DNA of 64,000 nt from the NCBI GenBank assembly GCA_022813965.1, contig JALDZS010000077.1, positions 1 to 64,000 of the forward strand. The letters run 5' to 3'. Positions 49,091-61,432 of this stretch are shown here, one piece after another; within the stretch, counting starts at the first letter, position 1; the number at the start of each line of letters is the position of its first letter. The translations under genes and the position numbers were made by a program. Under the pieces are notes generated by a model. That model was not told where the DNA came from, ran no database searches, and saw only the letters and a list, made by a program, of their open reading frames with translations. Origin of the DNA: Toensbergia leucococca (Eukaryota).

Positions 49091-52000
49091 TCATCGCTCC
49101 GATCTGGAACCAATCCAAAATAGCACACTACCACACATTACGTTAATACATAGGTGCTGTCCGAGACTCCATGCCATGCTATATAGATATTTAGGTGAGA
49201 ACACTGTCCATATGAACAGATGTGTCCTCAGGATTGTGCATGAAAGCATGACAAAGAAAAGACCGCTAGCCGTGAAAGCAGTGAGTTGAGATAAATGGCG
49301 CTTTAAGATATCACGCTGTCCTAGATAATGATGATTCAGCAATAAGACGTTTGTTGCAGATGTCCACCACAGTGGACCGGCCCAGTTGCTACAGAATGTC
49401 AAAACTCCAACAGCAACCACGTTGTACTCACTAATACCATTGTAGGCACTGGAGAGGTCAATCGAAGAGATAGCATTAGAACCCCCAAATGCGTAAAAGG
49501 ATACGTATTGGAAAAGTATAGACATCAGTGTGACTTCACTGGCCGAGAGACGAAGAGCGCTCAGAGCGTGGAATTGAATTTCGAAGAGAGAGAAAAGCGG
49601 TATATTCGTGAGTCGAGACTGAGTGATCAGAAAAAGAGTGAGGAGGTCGTGTAGCGGTAATACTATGTCTTCATGAAGATAAGTATCGGCCAGGATTATG
49701 GAATGTAGAAATACCTTCGTTATTCCTTCCTAGAAAAGAAATATGGGGGACTCGGGTGACTATCGTTAAGATTACGGTTGCTGCAATTCCTAGGAACACC
49801 GTTCTAGCTTGAGTTACAAGCGATGCTACCTCCATTGGCCTCAAAAAGAATCGGTAAAGGTCTGTCGAGATTTCTGGGGCATCAGCGTCTGTGAACGCCA
49901 TTTTAAATTGTACAGCAGCAACACACAACGCGATAGAAGCGGCAAGCGAAACTTTGCGGGGTGCTCGAGGTAGACCTCTCCACGAGATTCGCTGTGCAAG
50001 GTCGAGATAAGTCGCCATCACCATAGCCCATAGAAAAAGATTGTGGACAGGGAGTATTGTCCTGGCAATGTCAGGATCACCGGCGTGCTTCTGACCAGTT
50101 TGATTCCATCGGCGATTTACTCGCAAGGTGAGGAGCAGAGTACCAAACGCTACAGTGCTTGCATTCCAGTCGCGCTCTATTGCTATCGGACTGTGGACTG
50201 TTAGTTTGCACCCTGTCATCTGTGATTGTGAAGTCGTCGCTCTACTCACGCTTTCATGTATTGCCAGCCAAGCCAACCAGAGGCAGCCCAATACCAGAAC
50301 TGTTGTTCCTCCTCGACATAGCTGCTTGCGAACAGCATTGCGCCATAAAGCAGAGCCACGGTTGAGATCCACAATTCTGTCCACCCGGCCTGTACCAACT
50401 TGGTGCCAGAAGCCATGCGAACAGCCAAAATAGCTGTCGCAGCAATTCCAATGCCTAGCTCGAGTCTCCAGACATTATAATTACTGGCAGCACTACTCAA
50501 GATCTCTTGAGCGCGTTTTGAGAACTGATCGAGGTTAGTCTCCTCATTCGACAAAGGACGGCCGCAACAAGTACTTCGTTCAATGCTTGCAATGCTTCTT
50601 TGACCTCGCCGTCTTGAGTGGGAAGCGTGTCTTCAACTTTTGCCCACAGGCAACTCAGAACCTCACCATCACTCTGTGGAGATGTACAGTTGACAGACAT
50701 TCTTACGTTATGGAAGGAGTAATCAGCAAATGATGCCTTGACAATTTCCAGGATTTGTTCGGCATTCCGTTGCATGATGTGGACCTTGTCATCTTTGGAA
50801 AACATCAGCTAGAATCATTATGACGACCAACATCTACCAACCTTTATCCCAGAAATCTAGGAACCCTGAGATGAAGACCCCAAGATTGTTAAGAGGCACT
50901 GGAAACCCCAATAAGCCGGCAAGGGTTGGCGCTATATCTGATTGTTCTACTATATTATAATAGTTGAATCTACCTTCTGGCAAACTCACGGGGGATTTGG
51001 AACCGTTAGATATGGTACGAAGTTTAGGGGATAAGAATACCAATGCAGGTGAGGTCTCGCCCTCTGTTGAGCCTCCGTGATTGCCTGCATCGTTCATACC
51101 ATGGTCGCCACAAAGCACTAGAAGCGTGGACTGAAAGTGCTGCTCAGTCTCGATTGCCTCGAAGATATCCTTGACAATGCCGTCCATCTCCGATTGTTTT
51201 GGGATCATGTTAGGACTAGCATGTAGTTAATAGCTGGTACGAAGAATGTTATTTACGCAGGAGTACCTTCGGGGGCCTGATTTATGTCCAATGTGATCGA
51301 GTCCGAGGTAGTGCACAATCATCCCGTTCCAGTCATCGTGTTTCAGCTCGGATGGTACATGTCTGGTTACATTGTCATCCACTTGAGTGAAGTCCTGGAT
51401 ATTCAGCCTCAGTCGATTGATCTATATTACATGTGCCTGACCAAGTATCACTGACCGAAACAAAAAAGCTTGATGTACCGTCGGTACGGGAAAATGTATC
51501 GGGAAAGAGTTTCAGCCAGGTGTCATCTCCATACATGATGAGATTTCCCCCGGGCTTGGCTTTCAATTGAGCCAACCATGTATCCTGTTGCGCTAGACTT
51601 GACGTGGTGTCTGACTCGGCGAAGTTTAAGATGACGTCGAGGAAAGACGGTATGGAACCGGTGGTAATTGCTTTCACTCGAGGCATTGTTATGGTAGGCG
51701 ATGTGGCATGGGCCGTGAACGGCAATGCAGCCCCTGATCTAATTAAACTACGCAACAGCATTAAAAGTGATCCAGGGTTGGAAAGATGTGTGTACAAACT
51801 GCTGTGTGAAGGTGAAGCCTGAACGGTTGGAGTACACAAAATCGCTAAAAAAGATTAGCAAAGCGACTGGCAGAAGGACGAGTCTGGGAAGTAAACCTTC
51901 TGAGGGCGTCGACGACCATAAAGATAACTTTGTCAAACGGTGCTTCTTGCGAAACATTGCTAAGAGTGCCGCTGTATTCAGCTTTGCCTGGAAGAAAAGG

Positions 52001-52096
52001 CTTATAAGGGAAGAAGCCTGTTGCGAAGGTAAAGACAGATATAGGGATTAACAGATTGGCTATGATCAATAGAAGCTGGGAGACCCATGGCTCCAT
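49091..52096 (-). CDS. GPI7: GPI ethanolamine-phosphate transferase 2 (PIG-G/Gpi7), spliced
   Basis: MVVDALRSDF, PTITMPRVKAITTGSIPSFLD, MYGDDTWLKLFP, HYLGLDHIGH, GDHGMNDAGNHGGS, GGSNAISSIDLS, RTHLFIWTVFSPKYLY. Confidence 0.93.
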
Positions 52097-52504
52097 GATG
52101 AGAGCCTACGCAACCACCAACTAAGGCCTGTTGCCTTGTCCTAGAAAAGTAGGTAGGTAGCTAAACCCATCTTAAACCATCAAAGATCATAAGCGTGTCT
52201 TCACAAATGAGGTCGTGATTGATGACGTACAGCCGACGAACGCTAGTAGAATACCAAAATCCTCACCGCCTTTGGATTACCAAGTTACTGCCATTTTCGC
52301 ACCCAAGCCGAGTCAACGTAGGTAATATTCAGCCAATATCTAATGCGATGAGAAAATTGGGTTGATTGCCCCTCTTTTCTGTGTGACCGGAAACGAAATT
52401 TAGTAGAGCCATCACCAAACATACAATGATGAAGATAAAATCCTTCTGCCCTGCCAGAGAGTACTCGTACTGTGATTGGGGGTGGAAGAAGCACGAGACA
52501 TCTT

Positions 52505-53042
52505 CTATTTCGGTTGCTTCTTGCGTGGACCAATTCGTTTCCCTTTCTTGTACACAGGGAATACCATCGCAGCTCTTGCTTTGCCCCGCCTTCTTTTTTG
52601 AACTCGTCCACTGCCCCTCAACGTTGATGTGGTCTTTGAGGTTGCGGCGCTAATCGTGCTGTCAATTTCCATATCTACAAACGAGAGTTTGTGAGTGTCC
52701 CTGCGTTCCATTGAAATTAGGCTCCTGAAGAGAGTCCGTACCTCGCTCCGGCACCACCGGTGCTGCCTCTGGCTCTATTTTCTTCTGCTGCTCTGCATCT
52801 GCATAACGTATATCAGCCAAGAAGGATTGCCGTCGTTGTCAAAGTTGGCGATGAGGTCTCCCACCAGTGTAACCATCCTGCATTCTTGTGTCTTGAATTG
52901 CATCCGGAAGTGGTCTTGAAGCAAGTTCCAGTAATTTGGAAGATAGCCGCTCTTTCCTTGCATTCTCTACCAGGCCGAAGACCTTAGACCGTAGTTTCAC
53001 CCTGTTCGCTTTCCTTGTGCTTGATCGTAGTCCCTTCGCCAT
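52505..53042 (-). CDS. Small basic DUF2423/YBL028C-like protein (spliced)
   Basis: MAKGLRSSTRKANRVKLRSKVFGLVENARKERLSSKL; two GT-AG introns; basic C-terminus. Confidence 0.8.
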
Positions 53043-53480
53043 CTCTAAATGGAGTGGGAAGGATGGATGTTTCTTACGGTTGGCGTAATTGTAAGAATGA
53101 ATACTGATGGAAATTGGCGTTCAAGGTACCATAGACGTAACTGAGTCTTCGATCAGAACATTCGATCGTGGTGCAAAACTGCTGCGGGTATGTTTTGGAG
53201 TACTGTTCTTTAGGAAGTCAAATGCAAACAAGTGATGATGACGGGGTGAGGGATGAAGGTACATGGTGTAAAGTCGAAGAAATATGGATAATTTGTGTGC
53301 AATTTTCTAACGACCTTCTTTCACTTCTGCAACAATGCATCAACACCTTCTAATCTCACAAGACCTTATCGAATTGTCGCCACTGTTGTTCCATGTTCCT
53401 TTTCGACTACACATTCCAGACAGCTTCTAGAGCCATCGGAGTTGTTGCGATCAGCTGGATATCTTTTGGTGTCGCCGAAT

Positions 53481-55553
53481 ATGGCTTCTGCTGGGCCGCT
53501 TGATGCTCACAGTGTGATTGCAAAGGTGAAGACTCTTATCAACGCTCATCTGAGAGCGGTCCTGAAAGGAGAAGGACTTGCAGTATCAGGTGTAAAGGCC
53601 GCCATGCAAGAGCGTATCATCTCTCGTAAGTCCCACCCACATTACATTTCGTTCGTCTATCAGCCCGCACCATTTCCTTTATGCCCTATTGCGATCTCAA
53701 AAAATATTGTCTGACGTGGCCGTTCTTGATACCTAGACATTGAGGGCATCGCACGCAAAGGAGATATAGCCAGGCTAAATCGTGTCAAAGCACTGGTGAA
53801 CAACCCGGACTCATCTTCGTCTCCTGCAACACCTCGAGTTCTGCCAGTGAACACGCTTCATTCTCCGATGGTCAATCAATACACAATGATAAATGGCTCT
53901 ACCCGGCCACAGACATCCTTCGCAGCGGCCTTGCCTTCTCACGGTCACCCACATGGTAGCTATATCATCTTGGAACACGTATCTCCTAATTCCTCATTCT
54001 AATTGCTGTCTAGTCCGCTTCAAAGAAAGCCCTTTCTACACCATTTTAGAACCTCTGACGCCCGTAATAGAATGTAAGGGTGAGTCATGTCCATCGTCCG
54101 ATTGTTACACAATACCTCAATTTTTTAGCTTATGTGATTAATCATCAAAGCTGTAGTTCGAGAATCGACAAGAGATCAGGTGGATTGTAAGATCAACTTG
54201 AGAGCCGACATAGCAGAGAGGATGCAGAGAGAGTCGAGCACTAGAGCCATGATATACTGCGCTTCAGACATGGCCGCGGCTTTTTCAAAGGTCGATGTAG
54301 CCTTCCCACATCAAGTGGAGATTAGAGTCAACTTGGACGAGGTAAAGGCCAACCTGAGAGGACTCAAGAACAAACCAGGCTCAACCAGACCAGCCGACAT
54401 CACAGACATGTTGCGGAAGAGAGCTGGTTACGATAATCCCATGACTGTCACGTACGCACTTACTCATAAGGTGTGTTAATTTTGACTTTTTAATCTTACA
54501 TTTCTTCAGATTCGAATCATCATTTTCCTTGGTGAATCGACGATCCAGTCATACTTCGCCTTTTGATCCGGACTGACATGTTCATTTTGCAGAGATTTTT
54601 TTTAGTCGTGAACCTTGTCAAGCGACACCCTGTTGACGAGTTAGTTGCTAAACTCAAATCGGGCAAGACCATATCCAGAGACCAGGTGATTCGTGAGAGT
54701 TAGTCCTTCAGACACAAGCATCGCGTTTGACCATGCTAAGTCTCACCCAAAAGTGAATAGTAAGGCTCAAGATACCGATATTGTGGCTACATCTTCCATC
54801 ATGTCCTTGAAATGTCCGTTGTCGACTTTACGAATCGATGTAGCGTGCCGCTCTACTATATGCACCCATAACCAGTGCTTCGATGCTTCTTCGTTTCTCC
54901 AATTACAGGAACAAGCTCCTACCTGGACCTGCCCTGTTTGTAATAAAGTCGTCACATTCGAACTTCTTGAAGTCGATCAGTAGGTTTACCATGCAGTACT
55001 GTGCTGAGATGCTTCTGATTAAAATAGATATGTGAATGATATTCTGAATTCCACTCCCAGATCGGTGGAACAAGTCACCATCGAGCCAAATGGCCAATGG
55101 TTTCAAACCTCGCAAGCAGACAAATCTTCTCGACGGAATAATGATCGTTCCGATTGTGACGAAGACGAAGACTTGGTGGAGATCAAAGATATACCGCGGA
55201 TTGCAGCAGTCAAGGCCGAATCAGCTTCGGACCTAGATTCTCTGGCATGGACTCCACCCGCTTCGTCTAGAGAGCAGTCCACGTTATCGGCGGCTCCTCG
55301 ACCAGCAAGCGGCAAGAGACCGATAGGCCAGATCATTGACTTGACCTTCAGCAGTGACGAAGACGAACCTCCAAGGGCTCCTAAGAGACAGATAGCTTCC
55401 AATTCGTCCAATGGCTTTCCTAGCTTCCTAGGCGGCTTGGAAAATGCGCGCCCAAAAACGAATGGTACAGGTTTTGGTGTTCCGAAACCGTCTACCATGA
55501 TTGCGCCTCCAATATCAGACTATCTCCCAAGAGGCTACGGAAATCCACCATGA
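53481..55553 (+). CDS. SIZ1: Siz/PIAS SUMO E3 ligase (SAP, PINIT, SP-RING/MIZ), spliced
   Basis: LKGEGLAVSGVKAAMQERI (SAP), FKESPFY, GLKNKPGSTRPADIT, SLKCPLSTLRIDVACRSTICTHNQCFDASSFL..WTCPVC, SIM-like IIDLT. Confidence 0.93.
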
Positions 55554-56365
55554 AGACCGCTGTCCTAGCAACTTGAGCATTTGCAGTACAGATTGGCAAA
55601 TGTCTTTTCTAATGTCAATTTTACGACTTCGTCACCAACGTAGCGAGCGCAGGTATTATCGGTGGAGTATCAGGCGCCTCTGGAGCTTGTTGAAGCATTT
55701 TAACGGAGAATAGGGGCATGTGTGAAGGAATCGGCGTTGATTGAAGCACGCTTCAAACAACACGGGTATGGTTGACTTGACTTGCCGCATCTATTCGAGA
55801 ATTCGTACTCATACCCCATGCCTCTTGGCTTAGTTAGATAGCATAATTGATATTTCATGTCGCAAGTCGCTCTGTTTTTCTGAAACGTCGCTGTAGTCTC
55901 ATGATGATGACGACTTCTTTGTTTACAGACCCATCAACAGCTCCAGCGCACCCCCACTATTCCTTAGAATACCCGGGCGCAGGATTACCTGGGGAAATAT
56001 CATGATCACCACAGTCTGATTCAACTCTTGACTATTGCATACCCACTACCTCGTGAGTTGCGTGCCGTACGAATAGTATCATCTAGACTAATATCGCGAT
56101 TTTGTATTGCATTTTCATCGACTCTTCCGGGTGTTATACCGATGCATTTCCTCACATCATCATTCACCAACCTACCCATTCACCTGTGGATGGTGAACTA
56201 CTTCAGGCTTATAGATTATAGTGAGTTTAGCTGTAGAATCAGGTGAAAAGGTGGTTCGAAATCATGATGTTTTCTTGTGGATGCGCCCAGGAGGTGGAGG
56301 GATAGAGAATTGAATGGTGTGAAGTCACAGTGTACCTACCTACGTAAGGAGATCCCCTTATGGGC

Positions 56366-56878
56366 TAATCATGCCAAGGTATTTGATTCGCCACAACTCG
56401 TAGTACCCGCCAACTCAATGACAAATTCAGCTCAACCAATGATCAACTAGAATATTCATGACATCTTGCTTCATGATCTCATGTATCAACGTATGAATTT
56501 GAGTTGGCCTTTTGGAATTGATAAACTCCTCTACCTGCTTATTGATGTTTTGTGAAACCTTTCGTTCATTAGTTACGATATGTTCTGCTAGTTTTGTAGC
56601 CTTTCTCATTTCCTTTTTTTGATTTTTGATAATTCACCTAGTTAGTATTCGTCACCTCATTCTCAACCCATTTGAGATCATGCAGCGTACAACCTTCATG
56701 GTATTACCCCTCAATCTAGGCTACAGTCCAAGCTGATTTTTGATGAACGAAATAAATAAGTGAATGAGATATTCTACGTGATGCTAGGCGGGCACAAAAT
56801 GTGGAACCTTTATGTGGGCGTGGCGAGCCTGAGTGAAATGAGTTAGAGTATTCTAGTAAGCATACCTTGGCACGATTA
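56366..56878. mobile_element. TA-flanked MITE / internally deleted DNA transposon (~510 bp)
   Basis: 17-bp inverted ends taatcatgccaaggtat (56366-56382) / ataccttggcacgatta (56862-56878); same TIR at 23860. Confidence 0.72.
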
Positions 56879-57341
56879 AACGTGTAGAAGGGGAAAGTTA
56901 TTTTTTGAGTTACCGAGTTATTGCCAAGCCCTCAGACATGTTACATATTTGAAAGCTTTACCCTTGTATCCACCCCCATACATGTAGAGCATGTACACCC
57001 TTAAACATTCATATATTGATTTATTCAAATACCAAGGAGATATTAGCTTAGCATACAGGGATTTCAAAAATTAGTTACGAGATTAGGTGTCTCAACTGTG
57101 GTTGCGCAAATGCTGTCACAATATCCTAGCTGTGATTTTTTGGTGATTTTGCAATTCTGGTGGGGCAGAGCTAGAATAGAGATTCTGGCTTACTATCCGT
57201 ACCAAAACCCCCCTTTACCTCACCTACTCGTATTACGCTACACGGAGCTATTCTTACGTACCAACCTGCTATCGCCATGCTCGGACACGAAGCCTGGCTC
57301 CCATTCACGTGAAATCCTCATTACCAATCACTGCAGTTTCG

Positions 57342-58149
57342 ATGTCTTTCGAGACGCCCTTACCACCGTACAATGCCTCGGATCCGCACGCCACATTTCT
57401 TAATTCCTCTTGCCTAGACCTCCTTCTCATTGAGATGGTGCCCATGGCCTACAGGCTGGCAAACGAGCTTTCCATACAGATGCCAAACGGCGACAAGCTT
57501 GTGGACGAGGAAGAGCACCGGGAGGCCGCATTCCGTCGACTGGAGACATTGGGCTACAGAGTTGGCCAGGGGCTTGTCGAGAGGTGAGCGATACCTTTCC
57601 ACCAAGGTCCTTTGTCGCGGCGTGCACAAGGCCGGCACAGGCGAGGATCGCTCAAGAGCATCAAATCGCTTATGGTGTCTTTGGGGGCGGTTAGATTCTC
57701 GAGGGATCGACCGCGATTTACAGAGACACTGGACGTGATCAAATTCCTGTGCAAGGATTTGTGGACGCTGGTTTTCAGGAAGCAAATTGATAACCTGAAG
57801 ACAAATCATCGGGTATTATTCCTCTAGTCCATGTTTTTGCTCTCTTGAGCCAAAACTTACATAGATCTACCTAGGGAATTTTTGTCCTTACAGATAACAC
57901 TTTCAGACCTTTCGCGCGCATGAGCACTTCATCGTCTTCTGAAGCAGCCATGCAAGCGCAGCCGGTATGAAGGATATGGTCAGAATGTCTATTGATGCAC
58001 GCTGACCTATTGAGCAGTTTCTATGGTTTCCATGCGGCATCATTCGGGGAGCATTGGCTTGCATGGGGATCAATGCTGCAGTGCAAGCAGAAACTTCAGA
58101 ACTACCTAGTGCCACTTTTCAAATCAAGACTATTGCAGCTAAGACTTAG
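57342..58149 (+). CDS. TRS33: TRAPP complex subunit Trs33/TRAPPC6 (Bet3 family), spliced
   Basis: RLETLGYRVGQGLVERFSRDRPRF..LDVIKFLCKDLW..KQIDNLKTNHRG..FPCGIIRGAL. Confidence 0.93.
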
Positions 58150-58566
58150 AGATTTGCCTGCAATGGAAGATTTCTTTGAGTGGTAGCAACCTTGAAAGGC
58201 CCTTTGGGCTTGCGAGGCGAGAATGCCTGTGATAAGGGCATCATGAAGAGCATTACTGATGTGTTCGTAGTAGACCCTACTACGATCGATATAGGAAGCT
58301 AGCTTAGCCCTATCTATCTAGCCGTAATGGATCAAACGAGAGACTGTCTATGAGGGATGGCGACTCCGCTTGTTTGAAACCGTCAAAGCCTATCTAGCAA
58401 ACGCCATTGGTCAGTGAAGGAGTCTTGCTAGGCATGGTGAGTAAAACTTTTTTAATTCGACAAACGTGGTGGTGATTTAGGTGATGTGAAGAACTGAATG
58501 AAAGGATCTAGATATTGAGTCCCTAATAGGGAACTGCGGACGCATGGATGAATGTTGGAAGGTTAA

Positions 58567-59942
58567 TCACTTTGGTGGTGGATTGTGCACGAATTCCACT
58601 CCTTTCTCGATGCTGCCCTTCAGGCCGGTAATGCAGGCTTCGATGAGCTTCTTCTCGAACGAATTGACGTGAGAGAGAGGGTTGGTGGCTTTCTCAGCAC
58701 CAGACGGCTAGCACAGATTTTAGCAACGAAGATGCAGCAGAACTGTATAAAGTAACTTACACCAAGTTCGACCGGCACAGAGAAATAGTCAGCTCCCGTC
58801 TCCTTGGCAATGGCTTCACCGCCAGAGATACCAGGAAGGTATACAAAAGTTGGCTCTGTGATGCCTTTCTCGCCTTTGATAGCCTTCATGATCTGATCTG
58901 CGAAACTAAGCAAATTCATTAGCACAGTGCTCACCAAGCTAAGACAACGATCAAGAGCCTCTACCGGAAGCCAGCGTAGGCCATCGAAAGGGTAGCTGAA
59001 CCTGTGCCGTTCTTTGCTTGAACGACCTCATCACCCCCAAATTGTACGCCTGGCCAGGATATCAGCTTCATAAACACTCTGAGGCTAGGTTTATATCATA
59101 CGTTTGACGAGGCTTTCCAGTTTATCTTCCGGAATCTCAACAGCAGGCTTTGCCTGACTGAAGAGAGGCACGATTGTCTCCCCGGAATGTCCGCCTATAA
59201 CAGGGATAACTGTTTTCGACGGATCTTGTTCACCGGTAATCTCTTGGACGAATGTTTCGGCACGGACGACATCGAGGGTGGTCACCCCGAATAGTCTTTT
59301 TGGGTCGAAGACACCAGCTTGCTTCATGACTTCGGCCGCGATGGGGACAGTGGAGTTTACGGGGTTAGAGATGACGAGAATGAACGCCTTGGGGCTGAAT
59401 TGTGCAATTCCCTTTACAAGATCACGCACAATACCCGCATTGATCTTGAAAAGGTCATCGCGGGTCATACCAGGCTTTCCTATACTCTCTGTCAGATCAA
59501 AGCTCCTTGCTATAATAAAGGACTTACAGACGGGGAATGCCAGCTGGAATCAGGACGACATCAGCGTCTGTCAAGGCGTGCTTGAGTCCATCGTCATCGG
59601 GTAGATATCCAGTGACTTTCTGATACTCATCAGCTTCAGGCAATCCCTAGGAACTTTCCGAGGATATACCGCAACGGAAGAGATGTGCGAGAGATCGGCC
59701 GTTACACCAGGAGTGTTCACGACATCGTAGAGGGAAAGCTCAGTCACATGAGGACTAATCTTTAAGAGAAGGGACAGAGGCTACAAGTAAAGTCATTGTT
59801 AGTAAGAGTGTGAATTCCAAGGTTTCACCAATTGCGTCTCACCTGGCCAATGCCACCAGAAGCCCCCATGACCACTAAGAAGATTGTTAGATACGAGTAT
59901 ACGGTCCTCATGTCCGAGACCGCAAGTACCTGCTTTTACCAT
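58567..59942 (-). CDS. MDH: NAD-malate dehydrogenase, presequence-less (cytosolic/peroxisomal type), spliced
   Basis: [86 protein letters not shown]; ends HNPPPK*. Confidence 0.96.
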
Positions 59943-60107
59943 GATGGCTTTATTATTGAAATATAGAGAAAGCTGCAGTTAGTAGAATCGGTGCTTTCTG
60001 TTTACGCCGGGTTGCTATAACGTTTCGTTTCTCTGAACCGTACAGGACAGGTGGGAATGTGAGAAGTGCAATTTATGTTGAGGATTCAAAGTCGAATATT
60101 CCCGCAG

Positions 60108-60129
60108 CCCCGCCAAACACAAGGCGGGG
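60108..60129. promoter_or_regulatory. Inverted pair of CreA/Mig1-type SYGGRG sites upstream of MDH
   Basis: ccccgcc-aaacacaa-ggcgggg, ~170-190 bp upstream of the MDH ATG. Confidence 0.45.
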
Positions 60130-60697
60130 TATGTCGGTATTCTAATGTAGAAATATTACAACAACGAAATACCTCCTGAGGGATGGAGGCCTACAGAGTC
60201 GACAAAAAACGGCCAAGCGTTGTTCTTTGGTATGTGGGCAAATACCCCGGGGGTCTTAGGCTTCAAGGCATAGGATTCCTGGATAGTAATTGTGATCGCG
60301 TCGGTGAGGTGATCTCTTCCAAGAATTACCTCGTTATCATTACAATGACGATTGTGTCTTTCGATCTTTGCGGCTATATAGAAAGGGTTAAGCATGCACA
60401 CGTTCACGCTTGTTAAAGTAATGTGACTATTTATATCCTTTAGAAATCTTCCAGTTGGCCGTTGGACTGCGGGTGTGAAACGGCGAAATGCAGTCACCAA
60501 CAATCAACTGTGAATGAACTCATGTCTTTCAGAGTGAAAGTAGGTCAGTTGTACTCACCCAAATTCTGTCAGTGAAGAGATCACACTGATGCGGGAAGTG
60601 AACACACTGGCTAATGGAGGTTAAATTTGACAGTTTTTGTCTGCACAATGCCATTGAATCAAACACAGGAACTTCAATAATGCATGGAAATGATTCG

Positions 60698-61432
60698 CTA
60701 GTCCTTCTCAGCAGCAGCCTTTGCTTTCGAACCACGAAGCTTTTTCTCCGGCCTATCTTTCTTTGGCAGTTGTGATTTTCGGATTGCACTTGCTCGAGCA
60801 ACGGCTTCTTGACGAAGGTCTGCTCTATAATGCTGCTTTGCTGTATAGTTGACGATACCTTTGTAGATCCTGAACGCGACCGACTTAGTAGCTACTCTTG
60901 CTGGCTTAACCGTGGGATTCAAGAAGTGACATACTTTGGGCCCGACTTATTTGCTCCCCAAGTGACCTCGTTCTTGTTGGCTGCAGGCCGATTGTGATGC
61001 TTCGTCTTCTTCGTAGTCAAGGTGACACCGCCCTTTTCAGCTGGATGAATACCAACTGCCTATTTTGACGTCATCTCAGCGACTATATTCTGCAGACCTA
61101 TCGATCGATCTGTGGCATAGATTCATTGAGTTCAAGCCCTGAGCGTACCTTCTCGTTGAGAAACCCATCGTACTATATGTAATCTTGGTCAGCAGCTCTT
61201 GCCAGTCTGAAGGGGAGGTTTAAAAGGCCTACCTTTCTTGAATGCTTGTTCACTAAATTTAGAGGGTCTTTGGAGAATTGTGCACCCCCCCCACTCTTGC
61301 GTTTCACGAGGTAGGAATTGTTAGGACCTGCGTTCATATTGTCAGCACCTGTTGATCAAAGACCATCGGACTCTGTTACTTACGGACAAGTTCCCAAATA
61401 AGGTCCGCAGACACGTTTGTATGGTCGGCCAT
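60698..61432 (-). CDS. eL28: 60S ribosomal protein eL28 (L28e family), spliced
   Basis: MADHTNVSADLIWELVR..NSYLVKR..FSKDPLNLVNKHSRKYDGF..YRADLRQEAVARASAI. Confidence 0.92.

Noticed and set aside
56220..56270. tRNA gene or tRNA-derived SINE (GGTTCGAAAT)
   Set aside because: Only a partial B-box; no cloverleaf stems could be formed.
58470..58569. Stop-codon read-through PTS1 for MDH
   Set aside because: Context is TGA TTA rather than TGA CTA, and the extension ends -HIT, not a PTS1. The splice route fits better.
61060..61148. snoRNA in an eL28 intron
   Set aside because: Poor box C, too short, no recognisable rRNA guide; the CTGA is probably part of the branch region.
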